The notes under the pieces were generated by a model, which was not told where the DNA came from, did no database searches, and saw only the letters and a list, made by a program, of their open reading frames with translations. From positions 108,190,001-108,254,000 of the forward strand of contig NC_042997.1 of assembly GCF_006345805.1 (NCBI RefSeq): 64,000 nucleotides of DNA, in the 5' to 3' direction. This document shows, piece after piece, positions 1 through 13,368 of this stretch (position 1 is its first letter; each line of letters opens with the position of its first letter). Source of the DNA: Octopus sinensis (lineage: Eukaryota). The position numbers were made by a program, and so were the translations under genes.

Positions 1-2077
1 CAGCTCATCTTTTTGTATATCCACGACTAGATAATCCGAAGTACTTCCGTTTTTAGGCGATAGGGTGCAATTTTCGGAATATTTGGCTATTATATCTAAC
101 AGATCAAGTGACCACGTAGAGGATACCTGGTTTAGAAGGTATCCTGATATGAAGTCGTATCTCTGTAAGGTAGTTCTAAGGGGCACAGTGGGAGGCCAGT
201 GTACAATATTATCCTGCTACCACTTCACCACTCATGTGGGGTGGAGGGAGAAAGAGAGGGAGAGACTTTAGGAATAAATTTTCAAAAATAAATGAAAGAG
301 TAATAAGAATACGAGTCATTCATGCATTTTTCATTTAGCCGTTAATGAAGATCTGTTTTTAGTTAGTTTACAGTGGTGGAGGGAAATCCTCCCCTGTGTT
401 AAGCTTGGCATAGACTGACGTTTCTATCGAGAGAAAGGTGGGAAGAGAAAGACAGGAGAAAAGAGGAGAGAGTAAGAGAAGGGAGAGAAAGGGAAGAGAA
501 AAAAAGGCGAGAGAGAGAGAGAGAGAGAAAGAGACAGAGAGATGAGTTTTTAAGCTGTAGCAGGGATTCGATACCAAACCGCTATATACTCGGTCAGCCA
601 CCTCGTGTGAACCACCAGTTTCGTGTGATCCATCTATGAATTGATAAATCAGCCCGAGGTTGTGGTGTGATGTGGTTCCCTCAAATATTCTAAAATTTGA
701 TTTCTTATCCCCTACAAAAAAAAAACCGTTTGGCGCATAACTTATAGGCAGATAACCCATAGGCCGCTGACGCCTCAGATCTCCTCGGGGATTTGCGCAG
801 ATGACTTCATGCATTTTTGAACTGGCAGCATGATGTCACACAGTTAAATGTTTATAATATCAAAGCAATTTTCCTCTTTTCTCATTCGACAGTTATTAAT
901 GTTGCTCACTATAATTCGCCAACACCAAATATCTTTATGTCCGACAATAAATATTACAGATAAATGCTCTTCAGTTTACTTCAGTTAGTATTCACGCAGC
1001 CAGCGAAAGATGTCTTCGTTGATCATCTCAACCCAGGCGACAGCAAAATGTCTTGCGAAAAAGTGTTTAACATACTAACATGTCGATTGAAGTCTGGTAA
1101 ACCGTTCTGGTGGAAAAGAGCTGGAAGACTTTGCTTAAATTGAAATAAATACAACGTCAACCATCTTACTATTCACCCACCTTCAGCAATCTGCACCCCA
1201 CACTCGATGAAGACCGTCAACCACGAAATAATAAAAGGGAAGCCGTAGAATTCTTGCGGAATTCAACGGCAATCGAAACTTAACCAAGTCTTCATGCGAT
1301 GAGATTTACTCGTCATGGCCGAGGAATTTACTGAAATATTGGTGGAGGTTCTATGTATGAAAACTAACGTTAAAATTGTATGGAATAGGCTATCGCTTAC
1401 ATACACACACATGCGCACACACGGACACAGACAGACAAACAGACAGAGAGACACACATTTCTAATTATACCTAGATTCAATGAGGTGGCCATTGAGGAAG
1501 TCTTTTCCGTGACATCCCCTGCCTTCGTCAATGCGGGATCTGTTGAGGTCAGATACAATAAACCAACTGTCCACAACAGGTTTGAATTGATGCGTTCTGA
1601 GCAAGAAGGTAAACACCTCGTTTACTCGGCCATTCCACATACGTGAAATGAATAAAGAATTATTTCAACAAGGAACAACATAAAAGAGATCGAAGCTGTC
1701 TCGGATGTGATTGATCTGAGGAAGATGAAAGGGAAGACGGTCCGTAAAAGTGATTTGAACTTAGAATCTCGAGACGTGAAAGTGAACAAGTTGGAATATT
1801 AAATATGTCGACGACTGACATGAGATAAAAATATAATCTTCAAATTAGGCCTCTGAATTACTTTAAGTGGGGGAGGATGTTGAAAATGATGTCGTTTGTG
1901 TCTATAAATACCGTCAAAGTTATAAAAGTTTTTCGTTTCTTAACATCGGACACAGCAGAGAGATTTTCAAAGAATGTAGTCTTAAAGTGACACAGCGGGT
2001 TGGGGTGGGGAATTAAACAACAACAGTGAATGTAGGTTATATTTTACTCTGACTATACTCTCTCTCTCTCTCTCTCT

Positions 2078-2119
<42 letters not shown>

Positions 2120-2158
2120 ATATATATATATATATTATATATATATATATATATATGC

Positions 2159-2233
2159 ATAAAGGAAAATAAGACAAGGTAGAAAATGATTTACTACTGC
2201 CCACCTACGAGGCATTCACAAAGGAATAGAAAC

Positions 2234-2324
<91 letters not shown>

Positions 2325-2560
2325 TAGATAGACTGACTATCTGAAGGCTATGGAAATATTTGCCTATTTAAAGACTATGGAAATATCTACAAAACATTTC
2401 ACTTAATTTTTTGCTCCAAATTTATTGTTTTCCATATTTTACTCTAAGTTGAAAGAATCTAAAAGGCGGAAACCGGTACTAAAATGTTCGTCATGATAAA
2501 ATTATTTTAGTATTTTCTACCTTGTCTTATTTTCCTTATACATATCAACTCGTGTGTTCC
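2159..2560 (+). mobile_element. Solo Penelope pLTR (same family as 37951-38236 and 43141-43430) with a short inverted copy of its 3' end
   Basis: Shares gaagactatggaaatat...gaaaccggtac...ttttctaccttgtcttattttccttat with the other two copies. 2159-2188 is the reverse complement of about 2512-2540. Internal (GA)n/(GACA)n expansion. Confidence 0.75.
2445..2485 (+). ncRNA. Degenerate minimal type I hammerhead ribozyme motif
   Basis: taag-TTGAAAG-AATC taaaa GGCG-GAAA-CCGG-TA-ctaaaat; palindromic stem III ACCGGT; stem II decayed. Confidence 0.45.
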
Positions 2561-2764
2561 TTTTCAACCTTTTTTTTTATTTTTGTATGCATATATATAT
2601 ATATATATAAGCTTTTACTTGCTTTAGTCATTGAAACGCGGCCATGCTTGCACACAGCCTTCAAGAATTTTAACCGATTCCAATGCTTTTTTAAAGCCTG
2701 GTACTTATTCTATTCGTCTCATTTGCTGAACTGCTAAGTTATGGGGATGTAAATACACCAACAA

Positions 2765-2897
2765 CAATTGTGTCTGTACTTGTCCCCACCGGCGCTTTTG
2801 GGGTTGATAAAATAAGTACCATTTGGGTACTGGGGTCGATGTAATCGACTTTTCCCCTCCCCAAATTTCAGGCCTTGTGTCTGTAATAGAAAGGATC
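2765..2897 (+). mobile_element. SINE family A, 3' part, running into an (ATT)n tail
   Basis: gataaaataagtacca...ggggtcgatgtaatcgac...ccccaaatttcaggccttgtg followed by (att)n. Confidence 0.7.
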
Positions 2898-2916
2898 ATT
2901 ATTATTATTATTATCA

Positions 2917-2975
<59 letters not shown>

Positions 2976-3005
2976 GTTATTATCATTATTATTATTATTA
3001 TTATT
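2897..3005. repeat. (ATT)n microsatellite
   Basis: Direct reading; abuts the 3' end of a Dong-type element. Confidence 0.95.
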
Positions 3006-4012
3006 GTTTTACTTCTCAGAGCGCTCGGTCTTGTTTGCTCTGGTTGATTCTGTGAGAGCAGAGGCACTAGCATGTTTTCAAAAGTCCCACAAGGTCTCTT
3101 TCCACACATTATAAGCTTTGATACTTGGTTGTTAATTATCATTCAACATCCAAATACCAATCTCAAAATCCTAGATGTCCCCCAGTAGAGCGGTTTTTGG
3201 AGCCGATTTCTCTGACATATTTCTCGAACTTGGTTGTCAGTTCTCCGAGTGCCCCTACGATTATTGGAACGACAGACTCTCTCCTCATAATCCACATTCT
3301 TGCAATTTTATCTTTTCAATCATCTCTATTTCTTTGTCACTTATGCGTGCATCCACAGGTATTGCAATATCTATGATCTTGGTTTCTTTTTCCTTGATCT
3401 ACCACAACAAAATCTGGTCTTCGAGCTTCGATTAGGGAGTCACAGTGGATTGTAAAATTCCACAGTGTTTCATATTCCTTATTCTCAGTGACTCCTTCTG
3501 GGTCATGTTCACACCATTTCCGGACTCTGTCCAGGCTGCACTTTTCACGTAGCATCCAGTAGAAGAACTTAGCCACGTTATTGAGCATCCTTTTGTGGTG
3601 CTTTTAGGCCTGCTTGCTACATTCACTCACAATATGTAACATCGTTTCGTTTCTGCTGCCACACCTCCTACAAATGGGGAGATTTGCTGCTCTTATCTAT
3701 TGCGTAATTAGTTCTCAGAACTTGTTCCTGGGCGTTGCATATCAATGCCTCAGTGCATCCTTTCAGATCACTTTTCCTCAGCCTTCACCAAGAGTTGATC
3801 TTGTTTTTATCCTTTGAATTATCTGAGGTATTACTCGTGCAGTGATTTCATTTTCAAATTGTTTAATCTTTCTTCTTCATTTTGTTTCTTAAATGTTTGT
3901 GGTTTCATCACATTTTCCGTAGGTATTGTAGTGTTAATTCTAACAGCAGCAAGCAAGGAGTCACTCTGCTGTTTGATGTACCATCCCAGACTGTTCTTCT
4001 CGTTGACAACAC
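3006..4012 (-). mobile_element. 5'-truncated R4/Dong-type non-LTR retrotransposon (zinc knuckle and RLE endonuclease), copy A
   Basis: Minus-strand peptides WCEHDPEGVTENKEYETLWNFTIHCDSLIEARRPDFVVVD and VPIIVGALG...TALLG; frameshifted; flanked by (TAA)n on both sides. Confidence 0.85.
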
Positions 4013-4013
4013 A

Positions 4014-4068
<55 letters not shown>

Positions 4069-4088
4069 TATTATTATTATCATCATCG

Positions 4089-4140
<52 letters not shown>

Positions 4141-4147
4141 CATTATT
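4013..4147. repeat. (ATT)n microsatellite
   Basis: Direct reading; separates two Dong-type copies. Confidence 0.95.
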
Positions 4148-5425
4148 TATTGTCTTTGCACAGCCCCTATCGCTGGAGATGTACTACGGTGCCAGCTGTT
4201 CACTACTAGTGATCTAAGGCAACACCCCTTATTTTTCGAGCACCATCCGGTTCCAAGCAGTGTTGCTTTCTGCCAGTGCTCTACCCTTATTGCAGCCCCT
4301 ATTTGTTCCATGTACTTCTCAAAATTTTTACTCACGACTTTTATTTCTTCCTTATCGCATACCTTGTTGTCAGTTGGGCATGCTATATCTATGATCCAGG
4401 ATCGTTTGCTTTCTTTCTTAATTAAAACTATGCCTGGTTTCCTATTCTCTATCTCATGGTCGCACAGAATCATAAAATCCCATAGGATCATTGCATTATC
4501 ATTTTCGACGATACCTTCAGGTTTGTGGCCGTACCAGTTTTTTGCTCTGTCAAGTCCATACTTGTTGCAAAGTGTACAATGGACAAGCTGGACAATATTG
4601 TTGGGGCGTCTATTAAATCCCGTCTGGGCTAGTGGCATACATTGGCTGGTAATATGCCATACGGTTTCACAGATGTCCACAGATTCTGCACTTATCACTT
4701 TCTGCTGTGTTGTTTATTCTGTATTTTATGTAGTTTGTTCTTAGTGCTTACTCTTGAGCAGCACAGATTAGAGCCTCCGTTTCCGGTTTTAAATCACTTT
4801 TGGTCATCCACGCCATCTTTTTTTCTCTGTTTTATCTTCAACATCTCTATGAAATTGACAATGCATTCTTTTCTTTACCCACCTATTTTCAGTTTCATTC
4901 GTTTTCAATTTCTTGTATAGTGCTTTATCTTTGTAATCTTCCATCCTACACACGCCTGACCTTCTTACTTCTAATAATAGCGGTTACGTGACATTTTTTA
5001 CATACCATGCTATGTTGTTCTCTTCTGATCTAATGCTGTGTTCACATCCTATAAGTCCCTTCCCCTTCTTTTTCTTGGTACATACTGGCTGTCTGTGTCA
5101 CTTTTTGGGTAGAGTGACCCATATCTAGCCAGCAACTTCCTTGTCTTTCTGTCCAAGCTGTTTAGTTTGTCTACGGTCCATGCGATTACCCCTGCTCCAT
5201 ATATAAGAAGTGAAACCGCCCAGGTGTTGATAGCTTCGATCTAATTCCGTCCATTTAATTTCGAATTAAGGATCAGTCTCAGTCTGCGTAAGTACTCCAC
5301 CTTAAATTTTTCTATCAGTTCTTTCTCCATCAATTTATCCATTTCCAAAATCCCCAAGTACTTATAGCCCGTCTCTTCTATCTGCTGGATAAGCTCTCCC
5401 GTTAGCCGTCCATACATTTTAATCT
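4148..5425 (-). mobile_element. 5'-truncated R4/Dong-type non-LTR retrotransposon, copy B
   Basis: RT thumb through RLE: YKYLGILE, ETEALICAAQE, WYGHKPEGIVENDNAMILWDF...KPGIVLI...IIDIACP. Closely similar to 21586-22690; 3' end abuts (TAA)n. Confidence 0.88.
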
Positions 5426-5777
5426 TTTGACTAAAAGGACAAGTTAAGTTAGGCTGAGGTGTGAAGTGGAAGCCTTACGGCAACAAACATAGGTGAAAAT
5501 CAGGAGACAGGAAAATATGATGTTGTGCGAGCGGTGGTCAATCCAAGAAAGAAAGACCATGCTTGACCGAGCACCAGTCATTTGGGAGAAACGGAGAGAG
5601 GTAGGAAGCAGAAGGATTGAAGAATTAGGGAAGGAACTTGTGAGAGAGGGGAGAAGGTACAAGAGATATAAGAGAGGAAAGTAGGGAGATTAAAGAAAGA
5701 GAATGCTAAGAAATGTGAGAGAGTGGGAGCGAGTAAATACATATCTATATACACACACACATACATATGAACATATA

Positions 5778-5836
<59 letters not shown>

Positions 5837-6087
5837 GTGTGTATGTATGCACGTATGGTGTGCACGTGTGCGCGCGCGCGACCGTGTGTGTAGCAAGAAC
5901 AGCAATAACGAGAAAAGCACCAATTTAGCTTCTTCCATGTTAATGGATGCCATACAGGACAAGAATCCGAGTTTAAATATTTCCTTCGCTAAATATTTCC
6001 TGCCGGTTCCGGAGATACAAGTTCTAATAAAACCCTTCTTCAGTCTGTGGAAGTACATCAGGATCAACGCAGTTTTCGTTGTAACAG

Positions 6088-6256
6088 ACTTGACAACCTG
6101 GGTTTGTGTGGTTATGTCCCCGCAACTTACCGGTTCTGCAAAGGTGACCAATAGAATAAGAACTAGGCATAATAAAATTCAGTACCGGGGTCGATTCATT
6201 CGACTAAAATTCTTCAAGGTGATGCCCCAGCATGACCGCAGTCTTATGACTTAAAC
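6088..6256 (+). mobile_element. SINE family B (CORE-like), 3' part
   Basis: ttgacaacc...atgtccccgcaactta...ccccagcatgaccgcagtcttatgac tail. Confidence 0.7.
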
Positions 6257-6994
6257 AATTAACCAAAAAAAAACAAAAAAACTCTGGAAAAGTCAATGAG
6301 CCAATTGTTGAAATGACGCCATTCAGCTGTTCACCTCTACGCGATTACAGCTTCCAATGTCGAGTGATGTTTGCCACGACAGGCAATAAATTCCAGTGAT
6401 TGAGTGAAATAGATCTATTCTCCCTTCACTTGCGTCTGAACACTTGTTGCTGACCCTGTCAACGACCACCAAGACTGCGGCAACAAAAGCAACAGTGTCG
6501 AAAAGTATCATCTTTGTGTAACGTTTTACAGAGCTGACACAACTTTCATATTTTATTTTTTAATCGTCACAACCACCATCATCATCATCATCAGCAGCAG
6601 CAGCAGCTGTTCAAGAATTTGGACCTGGAGATCTCCATTTTCAGATTTTCAGCGACTCCGAGGGTCACATCCCAGTGGTGTCGGGCATCAACGAAGAGCC
6701 CTCGACTACAACAAAACGACCAAAGTTTTTTTTTTTCCAAGGTCTGGGGTCTCCCGCCCCTAAGCCCTAGACCATCACTTAATCACTCTTACCCGTCTTG
6801 TTGCTTAACAACAACAACAACATCTAAGACAAATGATGTTAAACAAAACGAGAGATACACACATGTGCACAAATACACACGTATTCATACACGCACACAC
6901 ACACAACACACACGTACACACACACACACAACACACACGTACACACACACACACACACGCACACACATACACACACACATATATACACGCCTGA

Positions 6995-7025
<31 letters not shown>

Positions 7026-7245
7026 CATGCATGTAATATATATATATATATATATACACATACACACCTGAATATATGTATATATGTATATATTTATGTG
7101 TGTGTATATATATATATATAATATATATATATATAGCGAGAGAGAGAGGAGAGAGAGAGAGAGAGAGAGAAATGCATGTAGGCATGAGACATGCATAATG
7201 AGTGTATGTGCCAGTTTGTTTTATACAAGTGTGTGTGTGTGTGTG

Positions 7246-7308
<63 letters not shown>

Positions 7309-7646
7309 ACCTCCTCAATGAATAATGACTCCTCACCAAGTGACTCTTTCTCTTATTTACTATAAAATGACGTCTTCAAGTTCCAGTTTGTCTTCGTTGT
7401 TGGTGATTTATACTTCGAACGAAGATCAAACCCTCAGCCGCTGTCTCGGCCACATTCCATTATCAACAGGAAGATCAAAGGCGCTGAGGCACCGTGTGTG
7501 GTTGTGGTGTATGTGTGTGCGTGTTGCGGTGCAGTTCGAGTGTTTACAGATATATAAGAATGTCTATTTGACTGGGTGTTTGATATAAAGTGATATAGAG
7601 GAGCACATCAGATACATACACCACATATATATATATATAATATATA

Positions 7647-7677
<31 letters not shown>

Positions 7678-7962
7678 ATATATGTGTGTGTGTTGTGTGG
7701 TGTGTGTGTGTGTGTGTGGTGTGTGTATGTTTGTGTGTATATATGTATGTACGTATGTATGTATACATACGTACATACTGGGATACCCATGTACATATAT
7801 GCATGCACACGCGTACAAAGAGACAATCATGCATTCATGCATGCACACATACACACCCATGTATACGTACATACATACATACATACATACATACATACAT
7901 ACATACATACATACGCGCACATATAATACAAACACACATACACACGCCCACACTCATATATA

Positions 7963-8810
7963 CTAGCCTCAGTACCCGGCGTTTCTCGGAAGTGTAAAGA
8001 ATGTTAAAGGAAATAAATATATTCTGATAAAAAAATATATTTTCAGAAAAATTCTCCCAGATGACGTGAGTATAAACAAAGTTATTAAAACAAATCCTGA
8101 AATCAATCACAGTTTATTTTTGTAGAACCTCTAAATATACAATGTTTTCCGTGTGTCCTTTAATTGGGGTTGAACTTCCAACTCGCGAACATCCTATATA
8201 TAATTGCCCATGAAAGAAGCAAGGAGAAGCAAGGTTGAGTCGAATGACTTTGAGAGATTGTCCTTGAGACCTGTTTATTGACATAGCAAGATTTAGTTTC
8301 ACTGGGAACTGGAGCCGTTTAAATTCAAAGGGGAGGTCAGATGGGATTAACGAGATCCATGGAATGAAGACATCCTCGCCCTTAGATTTCCCAGTGAAGA
8401 GACATGGGGTTGCATCGCTTTCACCACTAGTCTGGGGCCATTGCACAGGCGAAGTGGATCCAGATTTTAAGTGTTAATTTGTGAGGTGGCATCCCAGATG
8501 GCCGTAGAGAGTTCAGGAACTCAGTTGTAAAAACTCCAGCTTGGTCCTGCTCAGTGACAGTGTCGATGGATTTGAAAGACTGTCCTTGTCGTCCTGGCAA
8601 CATCTGCAAGAGATCCCAATTGATTTTGTCGCTCACATAGCCATTGACTGTTGTTAAAATCTTGTTACAATGTTTGGAAACACATGCATTTTGAGATCAT
8701 TGACAGTTTGGTATCATCTCACCACAGGGTAGCTTGTGTTGCTGTTGCAATTCTCCATATAAATGACAGCAAAGTGTGTATCAAATGAAATTAAAATCCT
8801 GGTTCAGTGA
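7963..8810 (-). mobile_element. Helitron 3' portion with a decayed PIF1-type helicase C-terminus
   Basis: Minus-strand peptides FLNSLRPSGMPPHKLTLK and FEFKRLQFPVKLNLAMSINRSQGQSL...HGQLYIGCSRV. Ends in a GC-rich hairpin remnant and CTAG|T at 7963-7966. Confidence 0.88.
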
Positions 8811-9461
8811 CAGAGCGATCAAGTTAGTAAAGTTTTGGTAACATCATATTCTATCTTTTAATAATTAAATATTGAAAAAGAGAGAAAATGCTACCCTCTC
8901 TTTTACAAGAGAAGTTTATTTTGACGGTAAGGACTAAACCCCTTGTTTCATTATCACAATTAAAAAACGTTTATCTTTACTTTAAAAAAAAAGAGGTGGG
9001 GGCCGTAAACATGCAACGGAGAATTATTCAATATCGTCTTTGCTTCTATCAGAATCGTTTACCATTAAAGTGAAAAAATGAAACCGATTCATATGAGAGG
9101 TATGTAGAACATATTTCTCTTTACTTTCTCTGTTCATTCGCATAAGCTGTAAAAACTGTTGCGCATATGCGCACACAAACACAGAAAAATTTCCGGACAT
9201 TTAGCTGTTATTTTTAGCAGTTCATTTTCAGTTTTAGACAACGGGATGGGGTGGCCGGGGGTATGTTGCCCGGAAGCTTGAAGAAGACAGTAGAATTGAC
9301 ACGAAGCGCAGCCGCTGTTAGACACAAGACCACTACATCACATTACACTTTGAAGGCAATGCATTTGCAATCCAGGAACAGGAGATTTCCACAAAGTACC
9401 TGGTGAACAAAAGAGACAGTGACGCTCTTATAATTCCGAGGTGCAACCGCATGTGTAGGCT

Positions 9462-9543
<82 letters not shown>

Positions 9544-9724
9544 ACATACATACATACATACAATTTAAAAATGGGATAAAATCTTTATAAGAAATTATCA
9601 AGTAGTTAGCGTGAAAAAACCTCATAAGAGAAAAATTTATTAATTCAATTTATTAATTATTCCCTTTAAATATATTTGTTTATATTAAAGGCATTACTAT
9701 ACATAAATGCTTCACGCTAGGAGG

Positions 9725-10185
9725 GGCTCTTAATTGGTCGACCCGAAGCTATCGCAAAAGACTCTTGCCCAAGGTGCCATACAATGGCACGGAATACAGA
9801 ACCATGTGGCTGGAAAGCGAACGTCTTACCACACAGCCACACCTGTAGATATGCATTCTTCTATTCTTTTGTGTGTTTCAGTCATTTGACTGCGGCCATG
9901 CTGGAGCAGCGCCTTTAGTCGAACAAATCGATCCCAGGACTTATTCTTTGTTAGCCTAGTACTTGTTCTATCGGTCACTTTTGCCGAACCGCTGGTTACA
10001 GGGACGTAAACACACCAACATCACATATACGACGGGCTTCTTTCAGTTTCCGTCTACCAAATCCACTCACAAGGCTTTGGTCGGCCCTAGGCTATAGTAG
10101 AAGACATTTGCCCAAAGTACCACGCAGTGGGACTGAACCCGGAACCACGTTGCTGGCAAGCAAGCTACTTACCACACAGCCACTC
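9725..10185 (-). mobile_element. SINE family B: a 5' fragment (9725-9845) and a near-full copy (9875-10185)
   Basis: tRNA-like head (ggagtggctgtgtggtaag...ccgggttcagtccc), CORE-like ttgggcaa motif, and gctccagcatggccgcagtcaaatgactgaaa tail. Confidence 0.8.
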
Positions 10186-10623
10186 CTTTTTAAATGGTTT
10201 TGATGTCTCTTCTGCTATGAAATGATTGCATAAGAAAGAGAAGTAAAAATACACTGTGGTTAAATGACTTGCAGGGATCATGTGGGCAAATTAATTAATT
10301 AATTAATTAATTATTTAATTCTGTATAAGAAAATATTGCCACTTTTGTTCTAAAGCAATTTCCCAGTGAAATAACCCCCCAGGGAGAACGTGCAAAGCGA
10401 AAAGGCGAAAAATCGAAATTTTCGTCAAGTTTTTTGTCGATCACATCAAGTTTACAGTAACCGATTACTATGTTTTGGGCATCGATTGATATATATATAT
10501 GTATATGTATATGTGTGTGGTGGGGGGATGCGCGCACAAGCATACAAACACACATACTTCCTACGCGTATATATTTATAAGTGTGAGCTGGTGTATTTGT
10601 GTGTGTGTGTGTCTGTGTGTGTA

Positions 10624-10654
<31 letters not shown>

Positions 10655-10661
10655 GTGGTGT

Positions 10662-10713
<52 letters not shown>

Positions 10714-11097
10714 CTGTTTATAATAATTTGAAATCTGCCTCTGTGGAAGGAGCGGCTTTTTTATCAAAGATACAAAGCTCCATCGTTAGCATGTCGGTAA
10801 CGAAAGTAAAGTCGCATAATTTTACTGTTCCGCTTACAGATTGTAACTGTGTGAATCTGTTGGCTGATTTCTTCTGAAAACCCTTGCTTATCCAGATTGT
10901 CACTTAGGCATTTACTCACGAATCCAAGCGCACCAATAATTATTAGTGTGTGTGTGTGTGTGTGTGTGTGTCATTGTTCAGTTTGAAATTTCAACAGCAA
11001 CAACAAGGTGTGTATGTATGTATGTATGTATTATGTATGTATGTATGTATGTATGTATGTATGTATGTATGTATGTATGTATGTATGTATGTATGCA

Positions 11098-11128
<31 letters not shown>

Positions 11129-11339
11129 ATGTATGTAGTGTTCAGTTTTATATCAAGATTTTTTGCCAATAGAGATAGAACCGGTTTCTAACCAAGATTT
11201 AAGGCTCCTTCATTGGAATTTCAACATCAGCAGCAGGTTACTTTTGTTTGTGTGTATGTATGTATATGCAGATTTGTATGTTTTGTTTTATGCATGTATT
11301 CTCATGCATAGAGTTACATATCCAGACGCGCACATATAT

Positions 11340-11495
11340 ATTTACGTGATAAACTTCTGGAAAGTTTTACAGATTTTTACAATTCCAGTGATGGATTGGA
11401 CCTGTAGTCTTCGAATTAGCTTTCTCCTTTCTGGTTTTGAGAAGCCTAATTTCTCAAGATCAGTATTTAGGCCGAGTGTTACATACCCAGGGCCC
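11340..11495 (-). mobile_element. C-terminal fragment of an RLE-type non-LTR retrotransposon
   Basis: GPGYVTLGLNTDLEKLGFSKPERRKLIRRLQVQSITGIVKICKTFQKF* resembles the post-RLE C-terminus of R4/Dong-like ORFs. Confidence 0.5.
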
Positions 11496-12126
11496 CAATA
11501 ATAATGTATGTATGTATGGATGGATGGATGGATGGATGCATGCATGCATGCATGTGTGTGCGTGTGTGTATGTTTTTTTATTGGGGGTGGGGGTTCATGC
11601 CCGCAAAGGTATATCTGCAGATGAGGACACATACGTTCCTACTACAAATCCTAAGCACACCTGAATATACACATACGTGTTTGTCATTTGTTCTTTGTAG
11701 ATTGGACGTTGCAAGAGTTACTCTGCTGAATGAATATCAGTCACTTTGGTTGAGATTCTCCGTGGGTTGTAGGCTGGCCTCGCCCCTGCTCGAATTACGG
11801 TAGCACACTTACTGGTTAAAGACTTTAGGGATCTGGTGGGGTATTTAGGCTTTGTTCAATGGATAAGAAAGTGGTGACATAATCTTAAGGAATGGTTTCA
11901 ATCACCCTGCTTACTGTCTCTGATGGGTCACGTGTGGGTCACATGGTTGTCATGTGTGCTGTCAAGAACAATTGGCATAAATCTCGAGGGAGATTTCACT
12001 GTATTTCTAGTAGGTCGAGTGTTTGTGTAAGAGCTGGCTCATAGCCATGTTCTCGTGATGATAGGGATAAGGGTGGCGGCGGTTGATAATTACAGCGATG
12101 GCTGGTCGTTCTAAATAAGTAAATAA

Positions 12127-12181
<55 letters not shown>

Positions 12182-12324
12182 TGTGTGTGTGCGTGTGCGC
12201 GCGCGTAATTCTACAAATAAATAAATGTTGAAGGAAAAAAAAGAACAGGATATCAGAGTCGTAGAAAGGGTAGAAATAATTTCACTGCGAACATTTATGT
12301 AGACGTACATCTATTTATCTATCC

Positions 12325-12392
<68 letters not shown>

Positions 12393-13177
12393 CTATATAT
12401 ATATATATACATACATACATACACACACATATATATATATATATATATAAACACACACATAAATAATATATATATTTATATATGCATGTATGTAATATTA
12501 AATATAAATATATATATATATATATATACATATATATATAAAAAAAAAAATATAAGACAACATAATATATAATATACATATATATATATATTATATATAT
12601 ATATATATATACACACACACATATATATATATACATACACACACGTACACACACACATATATATAGGAATCCGTATATAAATGCACATGCATACACATAT
12701 TCCTGCCCCCTCCTCCCTTTCTTTGGTAAGTAAATTTAAATGTCAAAATCTAGTCATGTGATGTAATTACAAATGAAGACCTAAATTCCTCAACCGGATG
12801 GTAATGTCTGCTGATGGCACTAATATATCTGTGATTCCATACAATCACCTTTACAACCCTCGGCTCATAGTTTCTCACACACACATACACACACACACAC
12901 ACACAAAAGATAATTCTATTACAAATTTATTTAATTAGACGACAACAAATCGGAAATAAAATTCATGATTGTGGCTATTGTATTTATGTTATTTATTATT
13001 TGAAATGTTAAGTTGTATCCCTTTGGGTTATTGGTTCGAATCGAGCTGTAGTAGTTAAAGTTGATTGCTACACTCGGTCTCAGACGAAGCCGTATGCCAA
13101 ACAAATCTCCGAAATTATGGTGCAAAAAATACCACGGTCCAGTATTTTTGGAATCGCATGAAATATTGATTTCAAAT

Positions 13178-13368
13178 TTTGGCACAAGGCCAGAAATTTC
13201 GAGTCGATTACACCAACTCTAATGTTCAGCTTGTACTTATTTCATCGACTCTAGAAGGATTAAAGGTAAAGTCGACCTCGGCGGCATTTGAACTCAGAAC
13301 GTAAAGACGAACAAAATTCAGCTCAGCATTTCGCCCGGCGTGCTAACAATTCTGCCAGCTCACCGCTT
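13178..13368 (-). mobile_element. SINE family A
   Basis: aaagtcgacctcggcggcatttgaactcagaacg...tttcgcccggcgtgctaac...ctgccagctc; tRNA-like A and B boxes on the minus strand. Confidence 0.8.

Noticed and set aside
121-144. Perfect 8-bp hairpin ggatacct/aggtatcc as a hammerhead stem II
   Set aside because: No CUGANGA core or GAAA in the required positions on either strand.
555-625. tRNA-like A and B boxes on the minus strand
   Set aside because: Spacing is too short and no cloverleaf forms; at most a SINE remnant. No genuine tRNA gene was found in the window; all tRNA-like heads belong to SINEs.
5890-6730. Unique islands with open frames on both strands (5890-6085, 6323-6511, 6635-6720)
   Set aside because: No recognisable protein motif and no consistent splice-site pairs.
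10725-10930. Island open in several frames
   Set aside because: No motif recognised; short open frames of this length are expected by chance.
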